Source: Pseudoalteromonas tetraodonis | GTDB lineage: Bacteria; Pseudomonadota; Gammaproteobacteria; Enterobacterales; Alteromonadaceae | Direction of reading: 5' to 3' | DNA: 32,000 nucleotides | NCBI RefSeq assembly: GCF_002310835.1 | Contig: NZ_CP011042.1 | Location: 60,001-92,000 of the forward strand | Shown here: positions 18,694-26,401 of the stretch, one piece after another | Layout: each line of letters begins with the position of its first letter | How positions within the stretch are numbered: position 1 is the first letter of the stretch | Notes under the pieces: generated by a model | Told to the model about the DNA's origin: nothing | What the model saw: only the letters and a program-made list of their open reading frames with translations | Databases searched by the model: none | Program-made: the position numbers and the translations under genes

Positions 18694-18808
18694 CATGCTA
18701 ATAACGGCCATTTTTTATTATTAAAGGGGGGTATTTGTCTTTCTAACCCACAATTTGGCCACTTAAACGATTAATTTAAAGGTTTTAGGCAGGTATCGAG
18801 AGAGTAAT

Positions 18809-18942
18809 AAACCGATTTTTTACTAACTGCTGCAGCTTATAAAACCTTTTTTTACTAACTGAGGGCTTATAAACAGTGACTCAAACCGATTTTTTACTAA
18901 CTCACAGCACTATTTCTTCTATAAACCGATTTTTTACCAACT
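18809..18942 (+). repeat. direct repeats AAACCGATTTTTTACTAACT, four copies related to the upstream family
   Basis: The copies are at 18809-18828, 18842-18860 (AAACCTTTTTTTACTAACT), 18883-18902 and 18923-18942 (..ACCAACT). The first, second and fourth are preceded by ATAAA (the first two by TTATAAA); the third, at 18883, is preceded by TGACTC. All are in one orientation. Confidence 0.85.
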
Positions 18943-19001
18943 CAGTCTGAAGCTAAGTCCGATATTTAGTTTGAGTATGTAAGGGGTTACTTACATTATT
19001 G

Positions 19002-19019
19002 CTGTAAAGGGGGTTTACA
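19002..19019 (+). repeat. copy 2 of the hairpin motif CTGTAAAGGGGGTTTACA
   Basis: Exact 18-nt match to 21258-21275 and to the reverse complement of 8779-8796. Confidence 0.8.
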
Positions 19020-19024
19020 CTTGT

Positions 19025-19087
19025 GAGCTTCGAGCTTCGAGCTTCGAGCTTCGAGCTTCGAGCTTCGAGCTTCGAGCAACGAGCTTA
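19025..19087. repeat. heptanucleotide microsatellite (GAGCTTC)x7 plus two degenerate units
   Basis: Seven perfect units span 19025-19073, followed by GAGCAAC and GAGCTTA. It is non-coding and lies 29 bp beyond the stop codon of the S9 peptidase gene. Confidence 0.95.
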
Positions 19088-19115
19088 TATAGCTCGTCAC
19101 TCATAACTCTGCGTT

Positions 19116-21134
19116 TTATTTCGAATGCTTATCAAACCACCATTGAATATATGCCACTTTGGTCATTAAGTTAGATGGACGGGCAGTAATACCATGCGAA
19201 GCGTTTGGAATACGCACCATCGCGGTATCAACCCCCTGCAATTTTAAGGCTTGATAAAACTGCTCTGTTTCTGAAATAGGCGTACGGTAGTCTGCCTCAC
19301 CCGTGAGTAACATGGTCGGGGTTTTAACATTACCTACATAACTGATGGGTGAGCGTTTCATGTAATGCTCAATATGATCCCATGGTTTACCTGGGAACCA
19401 ATAGTCAGCAAAGAATGGATAAAAATCGGCAGTGAGTACAAAGCTGATCCAATTTATCACCGGTTTGGCAACCACGGCTGCAGCAAAACGATCTGTATGA
19501 CCTACAATCCACGCTGTTAATGCACCGCCGCCAGAGCCACCGGTTACAAATAACTTAGATTCATCAATAAACCCTTTTGCAATAAGCGCATCAACACCCG
19601 TCATTAAATCATCGTAGTCATTGCTTGGGTAATTATGATGAATGGTTTGCGCAAACTCTTTACCGTATGAATCACTACCACGTGGGTTCATGTATAAAAC
19701 CACGTTCCCTTTAGCGGCAAATAGTTGTACTTCGGCACTAAAGTGGGGGCCATAATTAGCGACAGGGCCGCCATGAATTTCAAGCACTAGTGGGTATTTT
19801 TTTGATTTATCAAAACCCGGTGGGTAAGCAACCCAGCCTTGTATTGGCAGCTCATCGTGGCTTGATTTAAGCCATAATTCTTCAACCTCAGCGAGTTGCT
19901 TGGTTGCGAGTGCATCAGAATTTAAATCGGTTAAGCGCTGCGCTTTACCACGCTTTATTGTGGCTACATCAGCAGGGCGCTGGGTATCGGCCAAGGTAAA
20001 TGCAACATGACCATTTTCACTAATATCAAAATCACCACCAGAATAAGGACGCCCAAACGCCACGCTACCTATTTTTTCGGTAATCACTTTGCGTTTGCCA
20101 CTTCGAGGTTGATAAGCCAGCGCAGTTTGCCCTTCATCGGCATAGCTAAAATAAAGCCCTTTTGAGTTCGCGCTCCACTTAATTTGACCAACACTTCTAT
20201 CAAAATCGGTGGTTAGGCTGTGAGTATTCCCTGTTATTAAATCGCGAATATAGAGTTGGGTGTTTTCGTAATTAGTACGCTTGTCGTCATACCCTGTATA
20301 GGCAAGGTATTTGCCATCGGGTGACACTTTAGGTTGTTGATCAGGCCCATTACGCTCAGTTAGAGGGAGAATGGCTAGCGAGTCTAAATTGAGTTGATAT
20401 ACCTCAGTGTTAGTGGGCTTCAATTCATTATTTTCATTGCGATTAGCAGAAAAATACAAAGTTTTACCGTCTTTACTAAAGCTGACTTCACCACCATTAT
20501 TAAAATTATCGTTGGTGAGTTGTTGAGCATTACCGCCATTGGCATCAAGTGTAAATAATTGACTAAACCCTTTTTCAGTATAACCCCCTCCATCGGCACG
20601 ATAATAAACATCGTCAATATATTTAGCAGGCTCTGCCCACGTGGCACCTTTTGGTTTTCCAGGTAAGCTGACAGGCGCAGACGCCGCCATTGGAACAAAC
20701 ATACTAAACACCAGCTGGTTTGAATCAGGAGTCCAAGTTAGTGAGCTTGGATTGCTAGTTAAATTACTAACCTTAGCGATAGCCCCTGTTTTTAACCATT
20801 TAATATATATTTGGTTGCTACCATCTCGGTTTGATATGAAAGCAAGTCGCTGTCCGTCAGGAGAGACTACTGGCGAGTAATCCATATATACACCAGAAGT
20901 TAATGGTTGTAGTTGCCCAGTGCTGTAATCAACAGACCAAATATTGCCTACTTTACGGTCGGTTTTAATATCCATGCGGTTGCGGACAAAATACACGGTT
21001 TTACCGTCTTCTGTTATGTCTATTTGGTTGGCATATTCAAGATTGAAGATATCTTGAAGTTGTAATGTATCGGTATTGGCAACAGCTAATTGACTGCTGC
21101 CCAGTATAAGACTCATAGCTAAAAGCGTTTTCAT
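19116..21134 (-). CDS. secreted S9-family serine peptidase (prolyl oligopeptidase / acylaminoacyl-peptidase type, beta-propeller N-domain)
   Basis: 672 aa. Signal peptide 'MKTLLAMSLILGSSQLAVA'. The N-terminal half has TolB-like propeller repeats. The nucleophile elbow is 'VTGGSGGG', with a later 'GEADYR' (Asp) and 'NASHG' (His). Confidence 0.9.
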   Translation of the reverse strand: MKTLLAMSLILGSSQLAVANTDTLQLQDIFNLEYANQIDITEDGKTVYFVRNRMDIKTDRKVGNIWSVDYSTGQLQPLTSGVYMDYSPVVSPDGQRLAFISNRDGSNQIYIKWLKTGAIAKVSNLTSNPSSLTWTPDSNQLVFSMFVPMAASAPVSLPGKPKGATWAEPAKYIDDVYYRADGGGYTEKGFSQLFTLDANGGNAQQLTNDNFNNGGEVSFSKDGKTLYFSANRNENNELKPTNTEVYQLNLDSLAILPLTERNGPDQQPKVSPDGKYLAYTGYDDKRTNYENTQLYIRDLITGNTHSLTTDFDRSVGQIKWSANSKGLYFSYADEGQTALAYQPRSGKRKVITEKIGSVAFGRPYSGGDFDISENGHVAFTLADTQRPADVATIKRGKAQRLTDLNSDALATKQLAEVEELWLKSSHDELPIQGWVAYPPGFDKSKKYPLVLEIHGGPVANYGPHFSAEVQLFAAKGNVVLYMNPRGSDSYGKEFAQTIHHNYPSNDYDDLMTGVDALIAKGFIDESKLFVTGGSGGGALTAWIVGHTDRFAAAVVAKPVINWISFVLTADFYPFFADYWFPGKPWDHIEHYMKRSPISYVGNVKTPTMLLTGEADYRTPISETEQFYQALKLQGVDTAMVRIPNASHGITARPSNLMTKVAYIQWWFDKHSK

Positions 21135-21255
21135 TATTTATCCCTGTTTTAAATCACTGCTCTATTTATAGGGTAGGAGAGGTATAATTAACAGTCAGAT
21201 GCGACGAAGCCAGTATTTAAAACTACCAATGAATGAAGGTGATAAAAGAAAGTAA

Positions 21256-21278
21256 AAGCTGTAAAGGGGGTTTACAGC
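21256..21278 (-). terminator. copy 3 of the hairpin motif, here with a 9-bp stem and a T-rich tail on the minus strand; a putative terminator of the GH3-pxpA operon
   Basis: AGCTGTAAA-GGGGG-TTTACAGCT. On the minus strand it is followed by TTTACTTTCTTTT and lies 11 nt beyond the pxpA stop codon (21289-21291). Confidence 0.45.
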
Positions 21279-21288
21279 TTAGAGGAAG

Positions 21289-22023
21289 TTATACGCTTGC
21301 GCTACAAAGAGCCTTAATGTCTTCAATAAGCGCAACACCTTGGGCGTTATCACCGTGCACACAAATACTATCGACGTTAAGTTTTAACGATTTTCCTGAC
21401 TGGGTAGTCACACTGTTACTAGTTAAAAGCTGTTTAACCTGAGCCAATAATGCTGCTTTATCATGCACACTGCCTGCTATATTTCGTGCTACGAGGTGCC
21501 CTTGATCTGTATATAGCCTGTCTGCGAACGCTTCTAAAACAAGCGTTAGTCCAAGGTGACGTGCCATTGTATGGTGGTGTTTAGCATCGGCCGTGGCCAG
21601 TATCATTAATTTTAGATCAGCAGGGTAACTGGCAACCGCGCCCATCACAGCACTAAGTAGTGGCTGGTGTTTCATCATGTCGTTGTAAAGCGCACCATGG
21701 GGTTTGACATAACGAAGGGTTAACCCTTGTGCCTTTGCCATGCCATCAAGAGCAGCTATTTGGTAGTGTAAACACTGAGTGAGCTCGGCCACACTCAGGT
21801 TCATTGAGCGTCTGCCAAATCCTTGTTTATCGGGGTAGCTTGGGTGAGCGCCAATCATAACATTATGCTGTTTAGCGAGCTTAAGAGTATTGGCCATAAC
21901 GCTAGGATCGCCCGCATGAAAACCACAGGCAATGTTTGCCATATCAATATGCGGCATTACTTGATCATCAAGCCCCATTTTCCACGCGCCAAAGCTTTCA
22001 CCTAAATCACAATTGAGTTTCAT
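21289..22023 (-). CDS. LamB/YcsF-family protein (5-oxoprolinase subunit A homologue, PxpA-like)
   Basis: 244 aa. 'NCDLGESFG', 'ANIACGFHAGDP', 'GAHPSYPD' and 'VKPHGALYN' closely parallel E. coli YbgL/PxpA. No pxpB or pxpC is present in the window. Confidence 0.85.
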   Translation of the reverse strand: MKLNCDLGESFGAWKMGLDDQVMPHIDMANIACGFHAGDPSVMANTLKLAKQHNVMIGAHPSYPDKQGFGRRSMNLSVAELTQCLHYQIAALDGMAKAQGLTLRYVKPHGALYNDMMKHQPLLSAVMGAVASYPADLKLMILATADAKHHHTMARHLGLTLVLEAFADRLYTDQGHLVARNIAGSVHDKAALLAQVKQLLTSNSVTTQSGKSLKLNVDSICVHGDNAQGVALIEDIKALCSASV

Positions 22024-22024
22024 A

Positions 22025-23890
22025 TTAGTGGCTCTTTGATTGTTTAATAGTTACCGGTAAGCTGCCTTTAGCAGGGGCTTGACCGAGTAATACTTTAGCA
22101 AGTGCTGTAAACGCAGGCCCAGATACTTGCTCGTTTTTGTCTACGTCAATATTATAAGCATATGAAGCTAATACTGCATCGGCAGAGTCGCCAAACTGAG
22201 CAATATCATAAGGGGCTCGCAAACTAATAAACACGGTGGGTATTTGTTGCTTGTTAGCCATTTTAAGTAATGATTCAAGTGCTTTAGGTTGCTCTGCGTT
22301 ATTGAGGGCAAAGTCTGGGTTATCGGCTAAATCATCCATCCCGCCAATTTCCACCGCGCTTTGATTAGGCGTGGCATTTCCGGCAATAATAATATCAGCT
22401 TGGTTTATATTATGCTGAGCATCAACAGGGTCAAAACCTTGTAAACTGCTACAGCTATAAACTAGTGCGTGTGAGCTCAGTGCCATTATGGCTTGTTGTA
22501 TGGCCATACATTTACGCGTATCGGGCATAATAATATGAATGTGTTGGCCTGCAGTAAGCTTAAGTGGCAAGGTGTTGTTGTTATTTTTTATTTGGGTGAT
22601 CGCCGCTAATGCCAGTGACGCTTCTAATTCGCGATGTGCTTTATTACCAATAATGTGCTTAGCATTGGCTAATGCTTTAATGGGATCTGGCGAAGCGTTT
22701 AATTTAAATTTACTTTTAAGCGAGGTAATACGCTGTGCTGAATGCGCAATTTCCTGTGCGTTTAGTTGCTCTGATTTAACCGCACTGACTAATGACTCAA
22801 TGAGAGCATCGAGCTTTTTAATGTCATCTGGCGTTCTAATCTCTATTGGCATAAGCGCAATATCAACCCCAGCGGCAAAGGTGTTTATAATTGCTTGAGT
22901 TGGACTAAAAAAGTGACTAATACCTGCCATATCAAGTGCATCGGTTACCACCACACCTTGATAGTTAAGTTCTTTACGTAGAATATCGGTCATGATTTTA
23001 CGCGACATTGTCGCGGGCTTGATCATTTGTTTGCCATCAACATTTGTCAACGTACTGCTATCAAGCTCAGGGTATTGAATATGCGCGGTCATTATCATGC
23101 CCGGACTATGCTGCTCAATAATGTGTTTAAAGGGCGCTAAATCTTGTGCGTAAATCACCTCTTTTGAATGCATCACTTTAGGCAAGCCGGTATGACTATC
23201 TACATTGGTGTCGCCATGCCCAGGAAAATGCTTTAGTGCGCTAATAATGCCATTTTTTTCAAATTCACTAACTTGTGCGGCACCTAATGCTGCTACATCA
23301 TTTGGGTTTTCACTAAAAGAGCGGACATTAATGACAGGATTGTCTGGGTTCATGTTTACATCAACGGTTGGCGCGTAATTTACATTAATCCCCAATGCTG
23401 AAAGCTCCGTGGCAAGAACATTCGCGGTTTGAGTTGCGAAATAAGTGCCATGCTCAGGGTAGGTGGCGCCAATTGACATATTACCAGTAAATGAAGTGGC
23501 AACATCACGTGGCAGTCGAGCTACTCGTCCACCTTCTTGGTCAATTGAAATGAAAAGCGGTAAGCCTGATTTAGAGTGAGACGCAGCTTGTTGCAGTTGC
23601 TGATTAAGGCTAATTATTTGTTCAATACTTTGGGTGTTTTCAGAAAATAAAATAACCCCGCCAATATCATAACGGCTAATCGCTTTGGCTAGTGTATCTG
23701 GTAACTCGGTTAATGCTGTTCTGCAGCGCTTACTGCTGCCTTGGTGACAAAAGTAGCGTAAATCGAGCATAAGTTTTTGCCCAAGTTGCTGTTCAAGTGA
23801 CAGCGCAGAATCGGCAAAAGAAGATTTTATTGGCATGAAACATCCGATTAAAAAAAGAGAAGACGACAACAGGTACTTATTTAGCAACAC
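22025..23890 (-). CDS. secreted glycoside hydrolase family 3 enzyme (beta-N-acetylhexosaminidase, NagZ-like with a C-terminal extension)
   Basis: 'KHFPGHGDTNVDSH' and 'SIDQEGGRV' are GH3 N-domain signatures. The start is uncertain. The GTG at 23890 gives a plausible signal peptide 'MLLNKYLLSSSLFLIGCFMPIKSSFA'. The ORF-track TTG at 23953 and the ATG at 23833 are alternatives. Confidence 0.85.
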   Translation of the reverse strand: MLLNKYLLSSSLFLIGCFMPIKSSFADSALSLEQQLGQKLMLDLRYFCHQGSSKRCRTALTELPDTLAKAISRYDIGGVILFSENTQSIEQIISLNQQLQQAASHSKSGLPLFISIDQEGGRVARLPRDVATSFTGNMSIGATYPEHGTYFATQTANVLATELSALGINVNYAPTVDVNMNPDNPVINVRSFSENPNDVAALGAAQVSEFEKNGIISALKHFPGHGDTNVDSHTGLPKVMHSKEVIYAQDLAPFKHIIEQHSPGMIMTAHIQYPELDSSTLTNVDGKQMIKPATMSRKIMTDILRKELNYQGVVVTDALDMAGISHFFSPTQAIINTFAAGVDIALMPIEIRTPDDIKKLDALIESLVSAVKSEQLNAQEIAHSAQRITSLKSKFKLNASPDPIKALANAKHIIGNKAHRELEASLALAAITQIKNNNNTLPLKLTAGQHIHIIMPDTRKCMAIQQAIMALSSHALVYSCSSLQGFDPVDAQHNINQADIIIAGNATPNQSAVEIGGMDDLADNPDFALNNAEQPKALESLLKMANKQQIPTVFISLRAPYDIAQFGDSADAVLASYAYNIDVDKNEQVSGPAFTALAKVLLGQAPAKGSLPVTIKQSKSH

Positions 23891-24091
23891 ACACCTCAAG
23901 GCTAAATAAAAATAAAGTGCATGCAGCTTAACTATTATTGAGCTTAACTGCAAAACCCGACATATATAATAAATGTCATTTTATTATTCCAAAAGTAACA
24001 AAAATTAGGCTACTTAGTTTAATTTCTGTATTATATTTAGGATATATGTAGTATATAGCAGTCGTTTTTATTTGCTTAGGATGATAATAAG

Positions 24092-25660
24092 TTGCGTTTT
24101 CGATCACCATTTACTTTTAAACTTAGGCAATTAATTCTGTTGTTAGCTATCACTGCTACAGCCGCTATTTTGTTCAGTGGTTTATACATTAGTTACCAAG
24201 TACAAAAAGAACGGGTAATAGAAGATACTCTCAAAAGTAACCATGTATTTGCTAGTAAGCTTGCCTCGGCGACCGATCACTTTTTAGCAGCTGCGATGCA
24301 GCAACTTGAGTTTTCAGCCAAAATTATTGCTAAAGACATTACCAATACTGAGTTACTCCAAGCTGAAACCAACCGCCTTTTAAACCAAACACATAGCTTT
24401 AATTCGGTAGCAATTAACATGCAAGGTGTCGTTAAAGCGGCCTCACCTGTTTCATTAAATATTATTAATAAAACCGTTAATTCACCTCATTCTAAACAAG
24501 CCTTTAAACTACAGCGTCCATTGGTTAGTCGTCCTTATGTATCGCTTGCGAATAACTTAATTGTTGTACTTTCTTATCCTTTATTTGACGAGATGGGTAA
24601 TTACTATGGCTATATTGGTGGTAGCTTTTATTTAGAACAACAGAGCATTTTAAACGCCTTATTAAAACAGCATAGTTACGATGGCGGGGCATACTTTTAT
24701 GTGGTGGCTGATAATAAAACCTTACTTTATCATCCTGAGACTGAGCGGATTGGCGAACAAGTCATTAATAACCCAGTAATAGAGCGTGTTTTGCAAAGCG
24801 AAGATGGATACACCCGGGTTTTAAATAGCCAAGGCGTGTCTATGCTTGCTGGATATTCGCCCGTTAAACTTGCTAATTGGGGCGTAGTTGCCCAGCGTAG
24901 TGAAGCGGCAACACTTGCCACGTTAGATACTTTTCAAGGGCTGGTGCTTAAGCGAATGCTACCAATTGTATTAATTACTTTTGTATTGATTGGTGTGTTA
25001 GCGCATTTTATTGCTAAGCCACTTAGGCTCCTAGCTGACAGTGCAAATTTATCGACTGATCAACAAAACGTAGCGAATCTTAAAAGTATTAAATCTTGGT
25101 ACTTTGAAAGTCAGCAACTTAAAGCAGCCATGTTAGAAGGAGTTAATATACTGCAGTCGAAAATGGGGCAATTACGCCAAGATGCACTCACCGATCCGCT
25201 AACTGGTGCGCATAATCGGCGAGGTTTGTATTTATTGTTAGATAAATTAATTCAAGAACAGATCCCCTTTGCGGTTCTAGAAATAGATATCGACTTTTTT
25301 AAACGGGTTAATGACACTTTTGGCCATGATGTGGGCGATGAGGTACTAAAAACTTTAACGTGTGTGATCAAGCAAGTATCTCGCAAAGATGATATTGTCG
25401 CGCGAACTGGTGGGGAGGAATTCTTACTTATATTACCGAACGAAAATAGCGATAGTGCGTTTGTTATTGCTGAGCGGTTACGTAATGAAGTGGCGAATAC
25501 ACCGATGGCCAAAGTTGGTTGTATAAATGTCTCCATCGGCATTGCTACATGGCCGCAGCACAGTGATGATATTGATCAAGTATACAAATGTGCTGACAAA
25601 GCGCTCTATCATGCAAAAGAAACGGGCCGTAATAAAACCGTTATTGCCAGTCTAAATTAA
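24092..25660 (+). CDS. membrane diguanylate cyclase with a periplasmic Cache-like sensor domain
   Basis: 522 aa with a TTG start and an AGGA RBS. TM1 is 'LILLLAITATAAILFSGLYI', followed by an extracytoplasmic domain of about 260 aa and TM2 'LPIVLITFVLIGVLAHFI'. The GGDEF domain has an active site 'GGEEF' and an RxxD I-site ('RKDD') five residues upstream. Confidence 0.9.
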   Translation: MRFRSPFTFKLRQLILLLAITATAAILFSGLYISYQVQKERVIEDTLKSNHVFASKLASATDHFLAAAMQQLEFSAKIIAKDITNTELLQAETNRLLNQTHSFNSVAINMQGVVKAASPVSLNIINKTVNSPHSKQAFKLQRPLVSRPYVSLANNLIVVLSYPLFDEMGNYYGYIGGSFYLEQQSILNALLKQHSYDGGAYFYVVADNKTLLYHPETERIGEQVINNPVIERVLQSEDGYTRVLNSQGVSMLAGYSPVKLANWGVVAQRSEAATLATLDTFQGLVLKRMLPIVLITFVLIGVLAHFIAKPLRLLADSANLSTDQQNVANLKSIKSWYFESQQLKAAMLEGVNILQSKMGQLRQDALTDPLTGAHNRRGLYLLLDKLIQEQIPFAVLEIDIDFFKRVNDTFGHDVGDEVLKTLTCVIKQVSRKDDIVARTGGEEFLLILPNENSDSAFVIAERLRNEVANTPMAKVGCINVSIGIATWPQHSDDIDQVYKCADKALYHAKETGRNKTVIASLN

Positions 25661-25682
25661 ATTTTTTAAAAAATTAATTTAC

Positions 25683-25699
25683 CTTAAGTTTTATTTAAG
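25683..25699 (+). promoter_or_regulatory. candidate response-regulator box CTTAAG-TTTTA-TTTAAG (matches YTTAAK-N5-YTTAAK, the PmrA/BasR-type direct repeat)
   Basis: An exact match to both half-sites with one-helical-turn phasing, 49-65 nt upstream of the operon's first ATG (25748). The adjacent response regulator (30013-30672) is BasR/PmrA/QseB-like. Confidence 0.4.
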
Positions 25700-25747
25700 T
25701 TTCGCCTATTAAATTCTACCTATAGATTTAATACAGGCGATGCTTTT

Positions 25748-26401
25748 ATGCAATTAGCTCAACAACAGTCATCATCAACACTTTTTCAGTCGTTCACACA
25801 GTTTGTGAGCGCCAGAGAATGTGATGAACACCGTCAGCGCCTTGAAGATACAGTAAAACAAGGCTTTTTAGCTGCGTACAATGCCAGCCTAACTTCATTT
25901 ATGCCATTACTCTGTCAGTATAAAACTCAGCAAGGGCATTGCACTTTAGGGCTTAGAAACGCTACTTCTCCTTTATTTATTGAACAATATTTAGCAGCGC
26001 CCATTGAGCAGTTTTTACCAATGGGCACACAGCGCAGTAAAGTGTTTGAGTTAGGTAATCTCTATTCAACACACAGAAAAGCCACGTTATCGCATTTTAT
26101 TATTGTTAATGAAGCTTTAAGAGCTATTGGTGCTACTAATTTGGTTTTTTGTGCCACCAAACATGTACGCGCTTTATTGCGTTTATTAGGGGTAACGTGT
26201 AATGAAATTGCATTGGCTAACAGCAGTGTTGTTGAGCAACCAAAAAGCTGGGGAAGTTACTACGCGAACCAGCCTACAGTATGCATTGTTAATTTAGAGC
26301 AAGCACATCTACAAGTACTTAATACGCCAATGCTACTTGATATTAAACAACAAAATACACATGGCATTACGGCATTAATCAATGCGCTGGAGACGGTATG
26401 A
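25748..26401 (+). CDS. 'thermostable hemolysin' (delta-VPH) family protein, probably an acyltransferase-fold enzyme
   Basis: 217 aa. 'LGLRNATSPLFIEQYLAAPIEQ', 'VFELGNLYS' and 'WGSYYANQP' follow the pattern I recall for the Vibrio delta-VPH / T_hemolysin family. There is no signal peptide or TM segment. Confidence 0.7.
   Translation: MQLAQQQSSSTLFQSFTQFVSARECDEHRQRLEDTVKQGFLAAYNASLTSFMPLLCQYKTQQGHCTLGLRNATSPLFIEQYLAAPIEQFLPMGTQRSKVFELGNLYSTHRKATLSHFIIVNEALRAIGATNLVFCATKHVRALLRLLGVTCNEIALANSSVVEQPKSWGSYYANQPTVCIVNLEQAHLQVLNTPMLLDIKQQNTHGITALINALETV

Noticed and set aside
18807-18943. A possible CRISPR array, given repeats of about 20 nt separated by short unique spacers.
   Set aside because: The repeats are only 19-20 nt and very AT-rich, with no palindromic core. 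Spacers are irregular (13-21 nt) and too short. Copies are degenerate and no cas genes are in the window.
18449-18943. A replication-origin (oriC-like) interpretation, because of the clustered GATC sites and iterated repeats.
   Set aside because: I found no consensus DnaA boxes (TTATCCACA); only a loose TTTTACCACA is present. There is no AT-rich 13-mer cluster, and none of the usual flanking genes (dnaA, gidA, mioC) or a rep gene is present.
25748-26401. Reading the 'thermostable hemolysin' homologue as evidence of a virulence or toxin island.
   Set aside because: There are no secretion signals, mobility genes or compositional break, and the context is enzymatic. I treated it as a biosynthetic enzyme instead (see findings).
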